A stretch of DNA of 56,666 nucleotides, filler included, from Jimgerdemannia flammicorona (taxonomy: Eukaryota): the NCBI GenBank assembly GCA_003990765.1. It is 3 parts of 3 records of this genome, joined end to end, with 100 filler letters (N's around TTAATTAATTAA, not from the genome) between each part and the next. Parts side by side here need not be neighbours in the genome. Positions count along the whole stretch, not along the records: positions 18,925 to 37,745 come from RBNJ01002102.1; positions 37,846 to 56,666 come from RBNJ01002103.1; 1 more part is not named here. One strand, given 5' to 3'. Position numbers and translations under genes: made by a program. Positions 36,399-50,367 of this stretch are shown one piece after another. Position 1 is the stretch's first letter. Every line of letters begins with the position of its first letter. The notes under the pieces are model-generated. The model did no database searches, was not told where the DNA came from, and saw nothing but the letters and a program-made list of their open reading frames with translations.

Positions 36399-37655
36399 AT
36401 GACAAGCTTTAGTACTGTCTTCATCAATGGTATACCCAATGCTCAGATCGAAGAGCACAGCAACTACATCACCCGCCTGAAGAATGAGACTGACTCCATC
36501 CCCTATGTGGTTGAGATACAGATTCTACTTGCCATGAGCAAGTATAGCAAGATCTATACCAAGTTTGCCCAGGACAGCGTACTACTGCTGGAGTCGCCAG
36601 AGAAGGAATTTGAGGGCACCTTCAACCTCCTCATTGCAATCCTCAAGTCGGCGCCCCTGGACTCGCTCCCCTCGCTCGTCCAGTCCTTCGTCAAGCCTCT
36701 CGTCAACAAGTCCAATAACAAGTACTGCGCCAAGCAGAAGGTTTTCTCGAACCTTTACAACTCTCTTGCCCCGACCTCCTCCCTCTGCTACGATGTCTTC
36801 CTCACCATTGTTGATACCGCCGTGCGCTATGACGAGATCGATGTCATACTGCCTGAGCTGCAGCACCTTGAGAGATGGGTTTGTAAATAGGGCGTTGGTG
36901 TTGAGAAAGAGAGAGAACTGTACCTGAATCTGAGCAAGAAGCTGATAGCGACAGAGGAGAATAAACCCTCCTATGAGCTTCTTCTCAAATATCTGGCCAC
37001 TTCCCCAATGAATATGCCCCTCTCTGCAGATGCAACAACCCAAGCCCATCATGCGATCCTAATTGCAATCTGTCCTGAAAACTTCTTTACCTTTGAGGAC
37101 CTCTTCTCGCTGCACCCGATTCATACTCTCAAGGGTACCCCCCTGCATGATCTGCTTTCAGTCTTCCTCAATGGCGACCTTGTGACCTATATACAGTTCT
37201 ACGCCTCACATACACAATTCTTTGCTGATGAGCCTACTCTTGTCCACAAAGATAACGTGTGGAAGTTGTGTCTTCTCTCCCTCACCTCTCTTGGTTTCTC
37301 CAACATCTCCCGTGAGCTCACTTACAGTGCTATTGCCAAGAAGCTACAGGTCCCCAGTGAGAATGTCAAGATGTGGATCATTGATGTCATCTATACTGGT
37401 CTCGTCGAGGCCAGAATCAACCAGCTCTCGGAGACCATCACAGTCTACAGGAGTATCTACTATGTATTTGAGAGAGAGCAGTGGGAGCAGCTCGGCATGA
37501 AGCTTAATGGATGGAAGCAAAGTTTGGCTGAAATTTTGGCAGTCGTTGGAAATGTAAAGCTGATTGCTGCAAGTAGTCAAGGGGGAGTTGTCATCGGGGC
37601 ATCAGTAGTTATGGTACCAGAGGCGAAGGTTGAAGTGGCAACAGTTGAGGCTTAG
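36399..37655 (+). pseudogene. eIF3m: Eukaryotic translation initiation factor 3 subunit M (PCI domain), intronless, one in-frame TAG at 36888
   Basis: FEGTFNLLIAIL, SNLYNSL, KL(C)LLSLTSL...LTYSAIAKKLQV...MWIIDVI(Y)TGLVEARINQ...VFEREQWEQL..KL..WK. The two ORF pieces are in the same frame; A-rich 3' end at the contig edge. Confidence 0.9.
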
Positions 37656-37745
37656 ATGGGGGGGTTGGTTGGTTGGTTGGTTGGTTGGGATCTATCGAAC
37701 AATGATAAAAAAATAAATTTTTTTTTTTTCCTTATTTAAAAAAAA

Positions 37746-37845
37746 NNNNNNNNNNNNNNNNNNNNNNNNNNNNNNNNNNNNNNNNNNNNTTAATTAATTA
37801 ANNNNNNNNNNNNNNNNNNNNNNNNNNNNNNNNNNNNNNNNNNNN
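37746..37845. other. Artificial contig linker
   Basis: N44-TTAATTAATTAA-N44. Confidence 0.95.
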
Positions 37846-40800
37846 CCCCCGACTGGGACACTTGCAGCTTGGGACTGCCCCTTGCTACCAGCAGAGGGCT
37901 ACAAATTTTGCATGCTCCCTCTGCCAACCCCACACCCACCCACCAACCCACTCACCAACTCAGGTACTGACAGCTTGGGGCTACTCCTTGCTGCTAGTGG
38001 AGGGCCGCAAACATTGCATGCTCTCTCCACCGCTGCTGCCAACCCTGCCAACTGCTGCCCACTTAGGCCACAAACTCTGGGCTGAGTCCTCAGGTTTTTT
38101 TACCTTTTTATTATTTTTGAAAGGTATTAAATATTCCACAAGGCCAACCAACTTATCTGTGAACCCCCAGGACTTACTGAATTTTAGCAGCCTGAGCCTC
38201 ACCAAGACTTCAGACATATATATACCCAGATTGTCTCAGCATTCAGCATATACCTCTTTGGGGCAATGAGGTCCACCCCATCTGAGAACTCCTGCTTGAT
38301 GGGAGTGCTGAAGGCAGGAATCACCAGGTAGTCCTAAGCTATACCACACAGGCTGGAGAAGTCTGTTTGATGCAGCTTCATGCTCTAGTGAGTAGAGCAG
38401 TGGTTAGATTGGTGGGTTAAATTGGCCCAATGTCCACCTAACAACCCACCTTCTACCAGTTGAGCACCTCCATACCCTCTAGCAGCACACAGTCACTGGC
38501 AAAGTAAATGGTAAGTTCATCTATTGATGGCAGCTCTTCTACTGATAGCTCTCTCTTCCTCTTTCTGCTGAAGTAAATGTGAGATAGGAGGAATCTCTCA
38601 GCATATTTATCTGAACTTTGGCCAGAATCTTGTGGCAGTGTATAGTTTTTCCAGTATACTTTGATTATAGCCTGCTTGGTTCTCTCAATGAAGTACTGCT
38701 CTCAGCCCTGATCTTTATGGTATTGTAGCTTTAAGCATGGGTCCAGCACTGTTCAAAGAAAAGAAAAAGTGAGTTTTTATAGAGGTTTCTCTGTTTTGGA
38801 AGGGGCAATGGCCATATACCAATATCGACATACCTGTACTAATTGAGTATATGATGGTATCTGTTTGGGAGTAGTATTTTCTGAGCTTGCTAAGAGTAAC
38901 CTCCATGGCATCTCTCTGATTTAGGCTCAACTGTAAATCACCACAATCCTCCAGCCTGTCCTCAAGCTTGTCCTCTAGCCAGTCAATCAGAAGATTATAT
39001 ACTGATATTGCTGAGCTTATTGTCAGGGTTATTTGTTTGACTATATTCTTTGTACAATTGTTGAAACACTGGCAGTTATATATAATGAGATATTGCATTA
39101 TATGGAGGTAGACAAAATGAGTGTGGAGCCAGAGCAATCACCACTTACTTCTAAAACTCTGACAACATTTCTAACTCACTTTCACCTAGAGCCTTGGTCT
39201 ATATTTCCTTATCAGCAGCTACTGTTGAATCTATTGGCTTTTTTTGTTTTTTTTTTTTTTTAAAAAATAAATCTTCAATCATCTGAAACAAGTTGCTTTA
39301 GCTGACTGAAGAAAAAAAGAATACATACCACAGCAAACTCCAGCGCATGCTGGATCATTGCAAATATTGAGTTCCAATATATACAGACATCCAATATAAG
39401 CTCTTTCAGAACTAAACTGATTGCTCTACACTATACAGCAAATTTGTCTCATCATTGTGGGAATGATCAGACTGATATAACCAGTTTGCATAACTTGGAA
39501 ATTATACTCAGGGCCCCTCCTCTCTTAGATGTTTTATCTACATACATGAATAGTGAGGTTCAGTATATGGGCCTGGCATCACACATAACAGCTTTCTGTA
39601 CCAAAGGCCATATTTTCCTGTTTGAGGCTGGCCACTAAAACTTTGAAAAATATTGAATTATTTGTAGTATTGTCCATCATAATGGCTAAAATCTGTACTT
39701 GAAATATTTGGTTGGTGAATTTATTAACCAATAAAATCTAGTTTGTTTTAGAATCTCTCTCAAAACACCAACCTAACAGCAAGCCCCCCTTTTTTACCTT
39801 GGTTGTGATCCCAAGCTCTCAGATACAACTAATAAAAGCATCTGTGATATTATCTCCAGAATGAGGGCCAGCAAGTTTGACAAAGTCAAGGGTGAGAGAT
39901 TTAAGCTACCAATTGAGGTCAATCTAATGACCAGTAATGCCCAGAAATGAAATTGCATTGGGGGATGTCTATGTGTTGATCATAAATGAAATTTTGCCTG
40001 CTGAATTCTGCTTATTTAATGTGAGGTTAAATTGGTGAGCTCTTTTGTATAATTCAGCTTACAAAGATCATGGTGCTACCCTTATTTTACCTGAAGTATC
40101 TGGTGGAGATTGTTGTGCTCCTTCCTATAGGCCTCCAGGACATCTTTGCAAATAGTATCAGTACTTGGCAAATATAAATCATACTTGAGAAGGCTAAAGA
40201 TACTATGTAATTGATCACTCTCAATGGTTGTGAATAGCTAGTCTGTATATATAATCCAGTGAATGAGCTGATTTCGAAATTCTACTAAAGAGTATGGCTA
40301 AATATTTTTGATTAAATGGTATTGTTAGTACAGAAATAGTCAGGCAATCAGATAAATGTATCCATCACAGCTTAGATATCAATTTTATTTGTCTCCATGT
40401 TCTTTTTGATTTTGTTAGAGTGCTTGTCTTTTATGTATCAATTTATATTTGAAGTCATACTACTAAGCATTTTGAACTTCTGGCTAGTGCAGTTTATAGA
40501 GGTGGATGAAACAATATCATATGTGTGTCAAAACAAAAAGTGTCAATAGGTGCATCTTAATTTTTTACCTGCAATAATTATAAACAACATTATCTCCTAT
40601 CTTAGTACAATGTTGCCAGATTTTGGAGTGAGAATTGTATGGAAGGTGTGGAACTATCAGGGATGTTTGACTTGAAGCATCATCAGTACTGTGGGCTGTT
40701 GGAGGCTGATCTGTCAACATGTGTATTTGTGTGTTTGCATGTGCATGTATATGTATATATATATTGTATATGTGTGTATGTATATTGTGTTGTGAATGTG

Positions 40801-41143
40801 TCCAGCATATGAGTCATGTGGAGGATTTGGATTGGAGGATTCGGTTGAAGGATTAAGATGAGGATTCAGATTGAAGGATTCAAATTGGAAGATTTGAATT
40901 GGAGGATTCGAATTAGAGGATTCAGATTGAGTGATTCAGATTGAGTGATTCAGATTGAGTGATTTGGATTGAGTGATTTGGATTGGAGTAGTTCAGATGG
41001 GTGATTCAGATAGGGTAATTCAGATGGGGCAATTCAGATTAATCTGAGTTGATTCAGATGGCTTTGAATTTGAGATTTGGATCAAACCATCATGTGATGA
41101 ATCAAATCTGGATTTGATTCGAATTGACTTATTTGGAGCACTA
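37846..41143 (-). mobile_element. Degenerate hAT DNA transposon (intron-containing transposase; one terminus at 41143)
   Basis: Minus-strand motifs TSPNAISFLGITGH...LDFVKLAGPHSGDN (~39850-39980), LILDVCIYWNSIFAMI (~39350-39400), KLRKYY...intron GTATGT..AACAG...VLDP (~38740-38890) and the dimerization motif DYLVIPAFSTPIKQEFS (~38280-38335). Terminus TAGTGCTCCAAATAAG. Confidence 0.9.
40819..41060. repeat. Subterminal short tandem repeats of the hAT element (GATTCAGATT-like core)
   Basis: GAGTGATTCAGATT and GGAGGATTCGAATT iterations just inside the terminus. Confidence 0.8.
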
Positions 41144-41312
41144 ATATGACTATTTATTATGAATTTAATATATTAGGCAACTATACTCTGAGCATAATAC
41201 TTTTTGAGAAAAATAGACATTACTGGACTTTTAACTATCCAAATGGTATAATAATACTAGACCAAAATTAGAAGGCCCTGATGAGGATGTTGAAAGCTAA
41301 AAAGGAGAGAGT

Positions 41313-44300
41313 TGTAAGCATACAACCTCTAAGCCACTGAAATCATATATCACCCTCTGAACAAATCTGAAAATCACATACAAGATCATGAAGTTGAGTT
41401 AAACCAAAGTTATAGCATACAAAGCTAAGTTAACTCAAAGTCATAGAATACAAGATTTATATAAATGGAATCTTACCAATCAGGACTGAATGTATATATA
41501 CTGAGTATCAAGATATATTAAAATAGAAAACTATAATAAACCAAACAATAACTCCAACTTTTGAATATATATACAACTATGACCACTAAGATTTACAACT
41601 ATATCTATACTGATATTTGAAATGTCATTATCAACTAAGCCACCCCTCCTCTGTCCCTCATAAATATCCATAGCCTAGTACTTCTCTACTTTATAGAAGT
41701 CTAATGGAATACCTTGAACATGCTTAGCAAGATCTATCAAATTAGACAAATCTCAAGCTACTACTAAATCAGTCACCTTCTAGAAGATATAGTTGAACAC
41801 CACTATGATATAGACATTATCCAGATATCTCAATACCAGAAACTCATTATACACAAATACTGAGAACTCTTCTATAAGTATAGTACCTTTATTCTCTATC
41901 TCTGAGTTACTACTATTGAAATAGTTACCACTTTGTCTTAAAGACAAATTGACAATATAATACAAGAACTCAACTATAAGCAGCTAACATTCACATTACA
42001 CACACTTTACAACATACTTACAAGTCATTTATTGGAGAAAGGTGATAAGGAAATAGTAAACAACAAGTACTCTGGGGTGTGTACTGGGCAGGGCAGCCCT
42101 AGCACATTTGACTGGCAGCAGGTGGGGAGAGGTCCTGGCCTGGGGGGTGATATGTGAGGGCTGTTGGCAGGAGGATGAGGAGGAGGTGGAGGAGGTAGGA
42201 GAGGACAGAAATCTGGGTAGGCGAGCTTTGCAGAGAAGGTGAAGGAGAGGCAACAGATGACAGAGTTGGAGGATTGGCTGAGGAAGGGCAAGGAGATGGA
42301 GATAACAACAGTTCATGGGGGAATAGCACTTGGGGGTGAGGGTGGTAGAGCTGGGGGAGTAGTGGCTGGGGGGGGTATAATAGCTGATGGTGACAGGACT
42401 GCCAATCTGGAAAAAAATCCAGATGTGACAGCTGATGGTGAGGCTGAGCAGATGAGGCTTAGAAGGCAGGGAGACTTGGTGGATGGTGTGACAGGCCTGG
42501 CAGTGGCACCATTACTCAAGAAATCAATCTTGGCATTTGTGGTGACACTGTGCTTCTGGGGCCTGGCGGTGATGGTGAAAATGGTACTGGAGCTTATTGC
42601 TAAGCAGGTGGCTGGAGCGGTATCCATGAAGTTCCTGAAAGGATTGGAGGGAGTTGAGGTGGGTTTTGAGGAGGCGGAGCCCCTGGAGGAGATGCTGAAA
42701 GTTGGATTGATCATTGGAGAGGTGTGTATCCCGATGGTATGTTGTCTGAAATCGGACCCCAGGGTGGTCCAACTTCTGGTGAAAGGAGTGCCCATGGTGA
42801 TGGTGATGGAGACAAGAAAGAGAGTCGAGGAGGTCATGGCAGAGTATGGCAAGGTAGTGGATATTGGGTTCAGGGTCTGAGAAGAGACCTTGCTCAGGAC
42901 TGGGGACGTGGATGTGCAGATTCGGCTAGTAGGGAAAGAAGCTACAGGGAAGATGAGGGACTGGCCTTTGGTGATGGTCTGGGGGGTGATCTCATGCAAG
43001 ATGATGAGGGTAAAGGGGAGCAAGGAGAAGGAAGAGGATTTGCTGGAGGCACTGGAAGAGATGAGTGGAGTGGTGGAGCAGTAGGCAAAGGCTTGGAAGT
43101 CCTATGTAGAGTCAACACACCTGGAGGTGGTGGATGGAAAGAGGATCAGAGTGGATAAGGGGCAATGGGAAGTAGCTCAGAGCCATAAACGTCAGAAGGA
43201 GCTACTGGCTAAGATGGGGAGCCAACCATTGGAAGAGGCTGGTGAAAGAGTGGGACCAGAGAGTACCAAGGTGAGTGTCTGGGCTGGCGAGAAGGATGGA
43301 AGTATAGAGAAAGGAACAGTGGAGGAAAGAAAGGCAGCTAGTGGTGACCCGTTTTCTGATGGTATGCTCGAGGCTGGGAGGAGGACTGGGTGGGATTGCC
43401 TACCCCTACCCCTCTCATCAGGCAAGGACCAGCCTACTGGAGCAGAGCAGGAGAAGATGTACCAATGAAGGGGGCCCAGCGAGTGCAATTTGGCATACCT
43501 GAGGTAGCAAAGAGGGGTCAAGTAGAGGAGAATGGGGAGGAGGAATTGGTGGATGTCCCAGAGGTGTGGGATGAGGCGGCGAGTGCTAGGGCTGATATCA
43601 CAATGTTGGATAGTGGAAGACCAGTGACCCCAGGAGGGAAGGAGGTTGGAAATCTACTTTGGATGTGCAGGATGATGAATAACCTGGCAGCTGAAGAGTT
43701 TGGGGAGGTGGACTTGAGGGTGATGAGTGATGAGCATTGAGTGCAGGTATTGCAGAGTGATAGTGTAGAGTTGGCATTGAAGGCGGAGATCCTTATGGTG
43801 TATCTGGAGGAGGAAGGGTATGAGGTAGATAAGGAGTGAGAGGCTGAATTGGCAGGGGTTGCTGGTGAGAGGGCCAAGTACTGTTGGGCCAAGTAACATG
43901 GATTGCAACTCTGGCAGAAGGCCTGCCAGGAATACCGAGAGGAGTTTGAGGAGAAGGCAGATGGAGAGATGAATGAGCTGTTGGCTGGATTGGAGGCTCA
44001 GAGAGCTGAAGAGGAGGCAGTGACTGTGGAGTATAATCTGGACATAGTGTAGGAAGAGATGAACTTGGAGCAGTAGAGATGGACTGGATTAAAACACTAT
44101 ATGCTAATATGAATAGTACAACCAAAATTTTTTCACTAAATGTAAATGGGTTATGGGGTGCTTCTCAACGAAGGAATATTTTTACTTGGCTGAAGGGATT
44201 GGAGGCCGATCTCTTCCTCTTGCAGGATGTCAGGTGCAACAAAGACTTGGATAAACTGGAATGGATGAAGGAATGGGGAGGTGAGGCAGTTTGGATAGGC

Positions 44301-47300
44301 AAGGTTGGAATTCTGATATGAAAAGGCAGAGGGGAGATAAGAAATATGCAGAGCTGGGGAAATAGACTGGTCTGGGGTGAGTGGATACATACTAGATGGG
44401 GGCCAATTACAGTAGGATCTTGTTACTACCCTACTGTGTGGAGTGAGTGTGTGGACTGGGTAAAGGGTCTTCAAGAGAGCAGGACACTTATAGAGGCTGG
44501 GGTGGATGTACTAGGTGAAGATTTTAATATGGTTCGAGAGGCACTGTTTGACAGAACAGATGGTGGATGAGGAGTTGAGGGTCAGAGTGGAGGACTAGTG
44601 GCATGGGAGGAAGTAGAAAGGCTGAGTGCTCTGGTAGATATGGGTAGGAAGTGCTGGGGGGATAGGAGAGTATATATGCATTGGGCAGGAGGCTTGGAGA
44701 TGAGGATTGATTGGATTCTGACAGCCAGCTGCTAGGGTTTGGATGTTTGGAGATCGCTGGAGGTGGAGTGGTGTCCTTGGTCGAACCACTGGGGGATTTT
44801 TGGACAGGGTCAGTTTGGGGGAAGTGGGGATGGGCCTGGACATTGGTACCTCAATTCCTCCTTGTTAGATGATAGAATCTGGTGGGATGGGTGGGCTGTG
44901 GACATTCAGCTACAGGTAGAGAGTTGGAGGCAGGAAGGTGCCCCGGTTGATATTCAGTAGATGTGCATGAAAGCATTGGCTAAGACATACTAGAGTGAGG
45001 CTGGCAAGGAGGCTGGGGAACAGAGGAGGAGAAAAGTGAGATGGGCCTCTAGTAGACTGTCTAGGCTCTTAGGTGATTGGGCAAGACTGGTGACATTGGA
45101 GGGGGAGGAGGATTGGAGGTCCAGATGAGTGAAAAAGGAGGTTGATGAACTACAACAGGTACTGTGAGAGGAGGAAGAAGCGAGGGTGAAGGGCTTGGTA
45201 GCTAGGTTATGGTGACAGGGATTGGAGAAAGGTGAGAGACCCTCTAAGTTCCTCATGAGGGCTCTGTGGGCAAGGAGGGTGCAACAAAGGTAAGAGAAGG
45301 AGCTCAATTCAGATGGGGTCCTGGTCCATGGTATTCAGGACATTCTTGGATCTTTAAAGGAGTACTGGAGTGGACTGTGGAGTGAGGAGGAGGGTGGTGT
45401 AGATGCCGATACCATTGACCATGCATTAGAAGATTGGCAACCCCCACAGGTAGATGGGAGAAGTGATTTGGTGCTGTCTGTCCAAGCAGAGGAGATCCAC
45501 CAGGTTCTTGCCATGATAACCTCAGGTATGGTGCCTGGTGAAGATGGTCTGCCCTGGGATTTTTGGAAGAAGATGGTCAGGATTCCAGGAGTACTGGGGG
45601 AGATGATGACATTGTATGATCTTATTCTACAGACAGGGAAATGGGTGAGAGAGCAGGATCTGAGATTGGTGACATTGCTCTACAAGAACAAAGGAAGGTG
45701 TGAGGACTGGAAGAATTGGAGGCCAATAATGCTCCTGGATATGGACAGAAAGTTGGTTACTAAGGTGGTAGTTGTGAGGCTACAAAAGGTAGCACAGCAA
45801 ATCTTGGGCATTGAGCAGAGGGGCTTTGTAGGGGGATGGCTCATTAGGGATGGCACAGCCTGGATACATGGAGTTATTGAAGGGGTATGGGCTTGTGGAT
45901 TGGATGGACATCTGGTCTTCTTGGACCAGGAGAAGGCTTATGACCAGGTGAGGTGAGTTTGACTGGCAAAAGTTTTGGATAGAGCTGGAGTTCTGCACCA
46001 GTTCCAGTCAGCAATGGTCAGTCTACTGGAAGGGAGTAGGGCAGCACTTATGTATAATGGACATTGAGGGGTGGCTTTCCCTCTGGGCAGGGGGGTGCCC
46101 CAGGGGGACCCATTGTCCCCCATTTTGTATGCCCTCTCTCTGGAACCACTATTGGATAGAATCAGGTGAAGGATAGTGGAGCTCTCCATCTTTGGCATTG
46201 GGTGGAAGGTGGGGGCCTTTGCAGATGACATGGTGGTTGGATTGGGAGCAATTGTGGATATTGAGGAACTTAAGGAGACAGTGGAGTGGTATGAGAAGAA
46301 TTCTGGGGCACAACTTAATTGGCATAAGTGCAAAACAATAGTACTTAGCAATGGTCTGGTGGGTGGGGAGATTATTGGAACAATTGTCCCTACTGGTGAG
46401 GCAGTGCAGTACTTGGGTATTTATCTTTTGGTGTATGAGTCAGTACTACCCAGGCTTTGGTGGGAGCAGTGGGTTGGCATCTGGGGGGAGGCCCTGCGGA
46501 GCTGGGGGGGCCATCAACTATCTCTGGCAGGGCATGTTATGATTTTGAACATCTACTGGCTGCCGAAGTTATGGTATCTGGTGTACTATCTGGACTTCCC
46601 ATCCTAGGTGGTAAAGAGGCTGTTGAAGCTTGCCAAGGAGTGGATCTGGGCTGGAAGGAGGAGTCAGATAAGCTGGGAGGTCCTGTCTCTATCAGTGGAA
46701 AGTGGCAGACTGGGACTGGTTGACTTTCCAAAGAGGCTATACTGTTTGAGGGCTTGGTGGTTGAAGAGAGCCATGGAATTGAGAGGGGGTGGTTGGGTTC
46801 CCCTACTGCAGAAGGTTTGGGAGAGGCGGTCCATGCCTAGGGGTTCAACTGGTGATCTCCTGTCTTTGGTTGAACTTCAGAACACTGCTCAATTGCAATT
46901 TAAAGGCTTCTGGTGGGAGATAGCAGAGGGGGTATACTGTATCGGGATCCGTTGGCAGAGTAATAAAGGGGAGGAGGATTGGGACCCAGAGATGTGGAGA
47001 TGGGACCGAGTACTACTGGGCAGAGTCTCATTGCTGGAGTTTGACATTAGGGATGGGATAGACTGCCAGAGGGGACCAGGCCAGGATCTGTGGCTCAGTG
47101 GTTGGCAAGGTATAGGAATTGGTGAGGAATGGGACTGGCGGAGTATCTGGGCATGGAGTGCTGAGGTGAAAAGATGGATGCCACCAAAGTATTGGGCGAC
47201 TTGGTGGTGCATGTTGAGAAGGAATGTCATACTCAATTACCACTTGGGTCACCTTGTCAAGGGGGGTTGTTTTGACTGCGAGGAGTGCTATAATGTGGGC

Positions 47301-48947
47301 CAGGAAGGGGGTTTTGTACAGATGCCGGAATATTGGCTAGGGGAGTGTGAGGTACTTAGTGACTATTGGCAATCTGTTGGGGATCATTTGGGGGTGAGGG
47401 GTAGGGTTTCTGGCATGTGGGGGCAGTGGGAGGACTTGAGAGACAGATTGGTGGGAGAGGTGGAAAAGGAATGGCTTATGCTAGGCTGGGCACTGGCCAT
47501 ATGGGTAGGGTTGGCTGGACACTGGTTGTTTGTTTTCGAGAAGAGGAGGAGACTGGGCTTGGAGGTCTGGCTGCGGTAGTGGCAGAATCTTATAGAAGAT
47601 ACCTTGACTGGCTGGTGGCTCGGTTGGGAGATATAGAAGGATCGGAGATGCAATCTGGTAGAGAAAATTTGTAGGCAGAGTGGGGGAAGGGTGGGAGTAG
47701 TTGGGGAGAAGGTGGCCTTTACTTGGGTTGGGGTGGGGCAAGGCCCTCCTATGGGGATTGGATAGTAGGTAGAAGACTGTATATTTAACAATAGACTGAT
47801 AATAAATGGTGGAGTCTAAGTGACTATAAAAAAAAAAAAAAAAAGAACTCAACTATAAGTATATTGAGTACATTCAAACCATAAACAGAACCTTCCCACA
47901 CCCTGATGACCACATCCTGCAAATACTCTAAGTTGGATACACCATGAAGGACATCTATGATATAATTTAGTTCAATAATAATGAAGCAGAGGATAATGAT
48001 CTCTCCAATACTGACATGACCTCCAGCTAAAGATCTCTACCAGCCCTGATCACTCTGTCAGCCTTGTTGATGAACTTATAATAGTTTATAACTACCTATG
48101 AAATCTATTGAGATAATGATCACTGGCATAAATATTAATCTACATTTACTCTCAATTACTTCAATATAATGAAGAGACTGGAGAACACAACCTATACCTC
48201 TAGACAATCCTTGAGATTGAACCAACAACTCTATCACTTAAGTATGAGTGATATGAAGTACAACTGTCAGTATACTACAACTCTGCAACTCATAGTACTG
48301 TAACTTATAGAAGATATGCAGACAGTGAATTTGATGAAAGCAAAGACAATATACCTCTTCTTTGTCCACCAACTCTATATCCAGTATACAAGACAGATAA
48401 TGCTATTCTGTGGGATAGTGACAAAGTCTCAATATATTACTATCTCAGTGAATAGAGAGAAGTAATCCAAGAACCACTCTTCCTAGATGACTACTTCATC
48501 AGAGATAATACTATTGATAGTGATGTTATTGAAGACTACTCAGATAGTATCTAAATCTATAGATAGCCTAGCAGTTATTAGTATAGTTATATGATGTGAC
48601 TGTAAACTGACTTAGTAGTCAGATGATCTTTTGATATATCAGTTCACACTTATACTATATGACTGTATTCTGACTCAGAAAGGTACTAAGTACTATATTC
48701 ATATTTAGCATAGTTTAGATAGCCCCCTATTAGTATAAATACCTCCTCTCTCAGACCTCAGAATCTCAGACTTGAACAGATAAGAACAATCTGAACACAA
48801 CTCCTGAACACTTCTCCACAATATCTTTTCACACAACTACTTCTAGTATAGCAATATTATAAATAGTGAATAAATCTATTTAATAACCCACAAACTACTC
48901 TTAAGTAAATCTGAACTCTATTAGGTTCCACTTCTAACTCTATTACA
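41313..48947 (+). mobile_element. Long (~1.75 kb net) LTR with degenerate U3 ORF, split by LINE copy B
   Basis: A purine tract AAAAAGGAGAGAG directly precedes TGTAA (41313), and the region ends TTACA (48947). TATA GTATAAATACCTCCTCTC at 48733. The ORF relic is similar to 570-1202. Confidence 0.6.
41981..47842 (+). mobile_element. Full-length L1/Tx1-like LINE, copy B, with 17-bp TSD
   Basis: TSD AAGAACTCAACTATAAG at 41964-41980 and 47843-47859, plus poly(A). ORF2 44109-47765 is 3657 nt, the same length as in copy A, with many stops. Confidence 0.95.
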
Positions 48948-49569
48948 AAATTTCCTAATTGGGTATTGTCTGCAGTGATATATCAATTCAATTAAGCTAG
49001 TCTTAGTTTCTTGAACTTTCTAAAATATAGAAAATTCTGAATATCCAGAACTAGTCTGAAAAAAGAACTTTGATTGAGATGTCAAACTGATCTTAAAATT
49101 AATAAGCATAGAGGATATACTCTATATAAAATTAATCTTGACCTAAAGAAAATAGTCTTTTAGAATATCTGGAACTTCTAGAAAACCCTTCTAGAACTAT
49201 GTAATGATTACTCTAATAAGTAACCCTCTTACATAAAAATATAGAGGAAAAAGAACTTCCACTTTTACCTAATGAAATGATAAGTCAATCAGTATTTTAT
49301 AAAAGATAAATAAATGTTTTATAAGAGAAAAAAGATCAATTAGCAGTAGAAGTAGATACTTATCTCAAAGCCTTGAGAGTTGCCAAAGACTAGTATAAAA
49401 GACAGAAGCAAGACTTATTAGATAGAATAAAGAAGTTAGAAGCCAAAGTAGTAAGATTAAAAAAGCTAACTCCTTAAGAATTAGTTAAGGAAATTAATAA
49501 GTTAAAAGCCCAATTAGAGTAATGAAATAGTCAATTCACAACTCAAATTGAGGTTAAAAAGTGATCTTG

Positions 49570-50318
49570 ATCAAAAGTAAATAAGTAAATATTTTTATTT
49601 ATTGATAGTATAAATTGGTTTTGGATAAGTAATATCTTTGAATTTATCTTAAACAAAAGGGCAAATATTGTGATAAAAATATTTCTGGTATTTCAATTCC
49701 ATAGAAAGAGGCACTAGTACTAGAAATGACAAGGTCTTGATTATTTGTATAACTTTTGAAGCCTCAGATTTACTACTTTTTAATAGTTTGAATTCTTGGA
49801 ATAGACTATTGGCAATTTCTTATACTTTAATAATATCTGGATTTGCTCTAATGAAAAGAAAACATTGAAACTTTTATATACTAGACAGCTTCTTGAAGTA
49901 TATTTTGAAACTACTTACAATGTTAAAGTATTGGAAACCATCTCTGCTATTATAATACTGTGCTTTATTTAATCTAGCAATACTAGAACTTTTTATCATA
50001 TCAATGATGTGATCTACACAGTTTACTGTAGTTTTGTGATAAAGTCTTTTAATAAGGCCAAAACTACTATCACATTTAAATTTGGTATTATTCAGAACTA
50101 TGAAGTTCAATTCAATACTTTTATAATACCTGCAAATTATTAAATATAAATAAAATCAAAGAGTAGTATTATTCTTGTTTTGTCTACCTACATTATTATA
50201 AGTACTCTTCATCTTGATTCAATTGCTTAATTCTATCAAAGACTAGACTAAGCATACTATTTAGACCTTTTCCAAGAAGTTCATTTTCATCAAGAATATA
50301 ATTAATTTGCTTGCAGAC

Positions 50319-50367
<49 letters not shown>

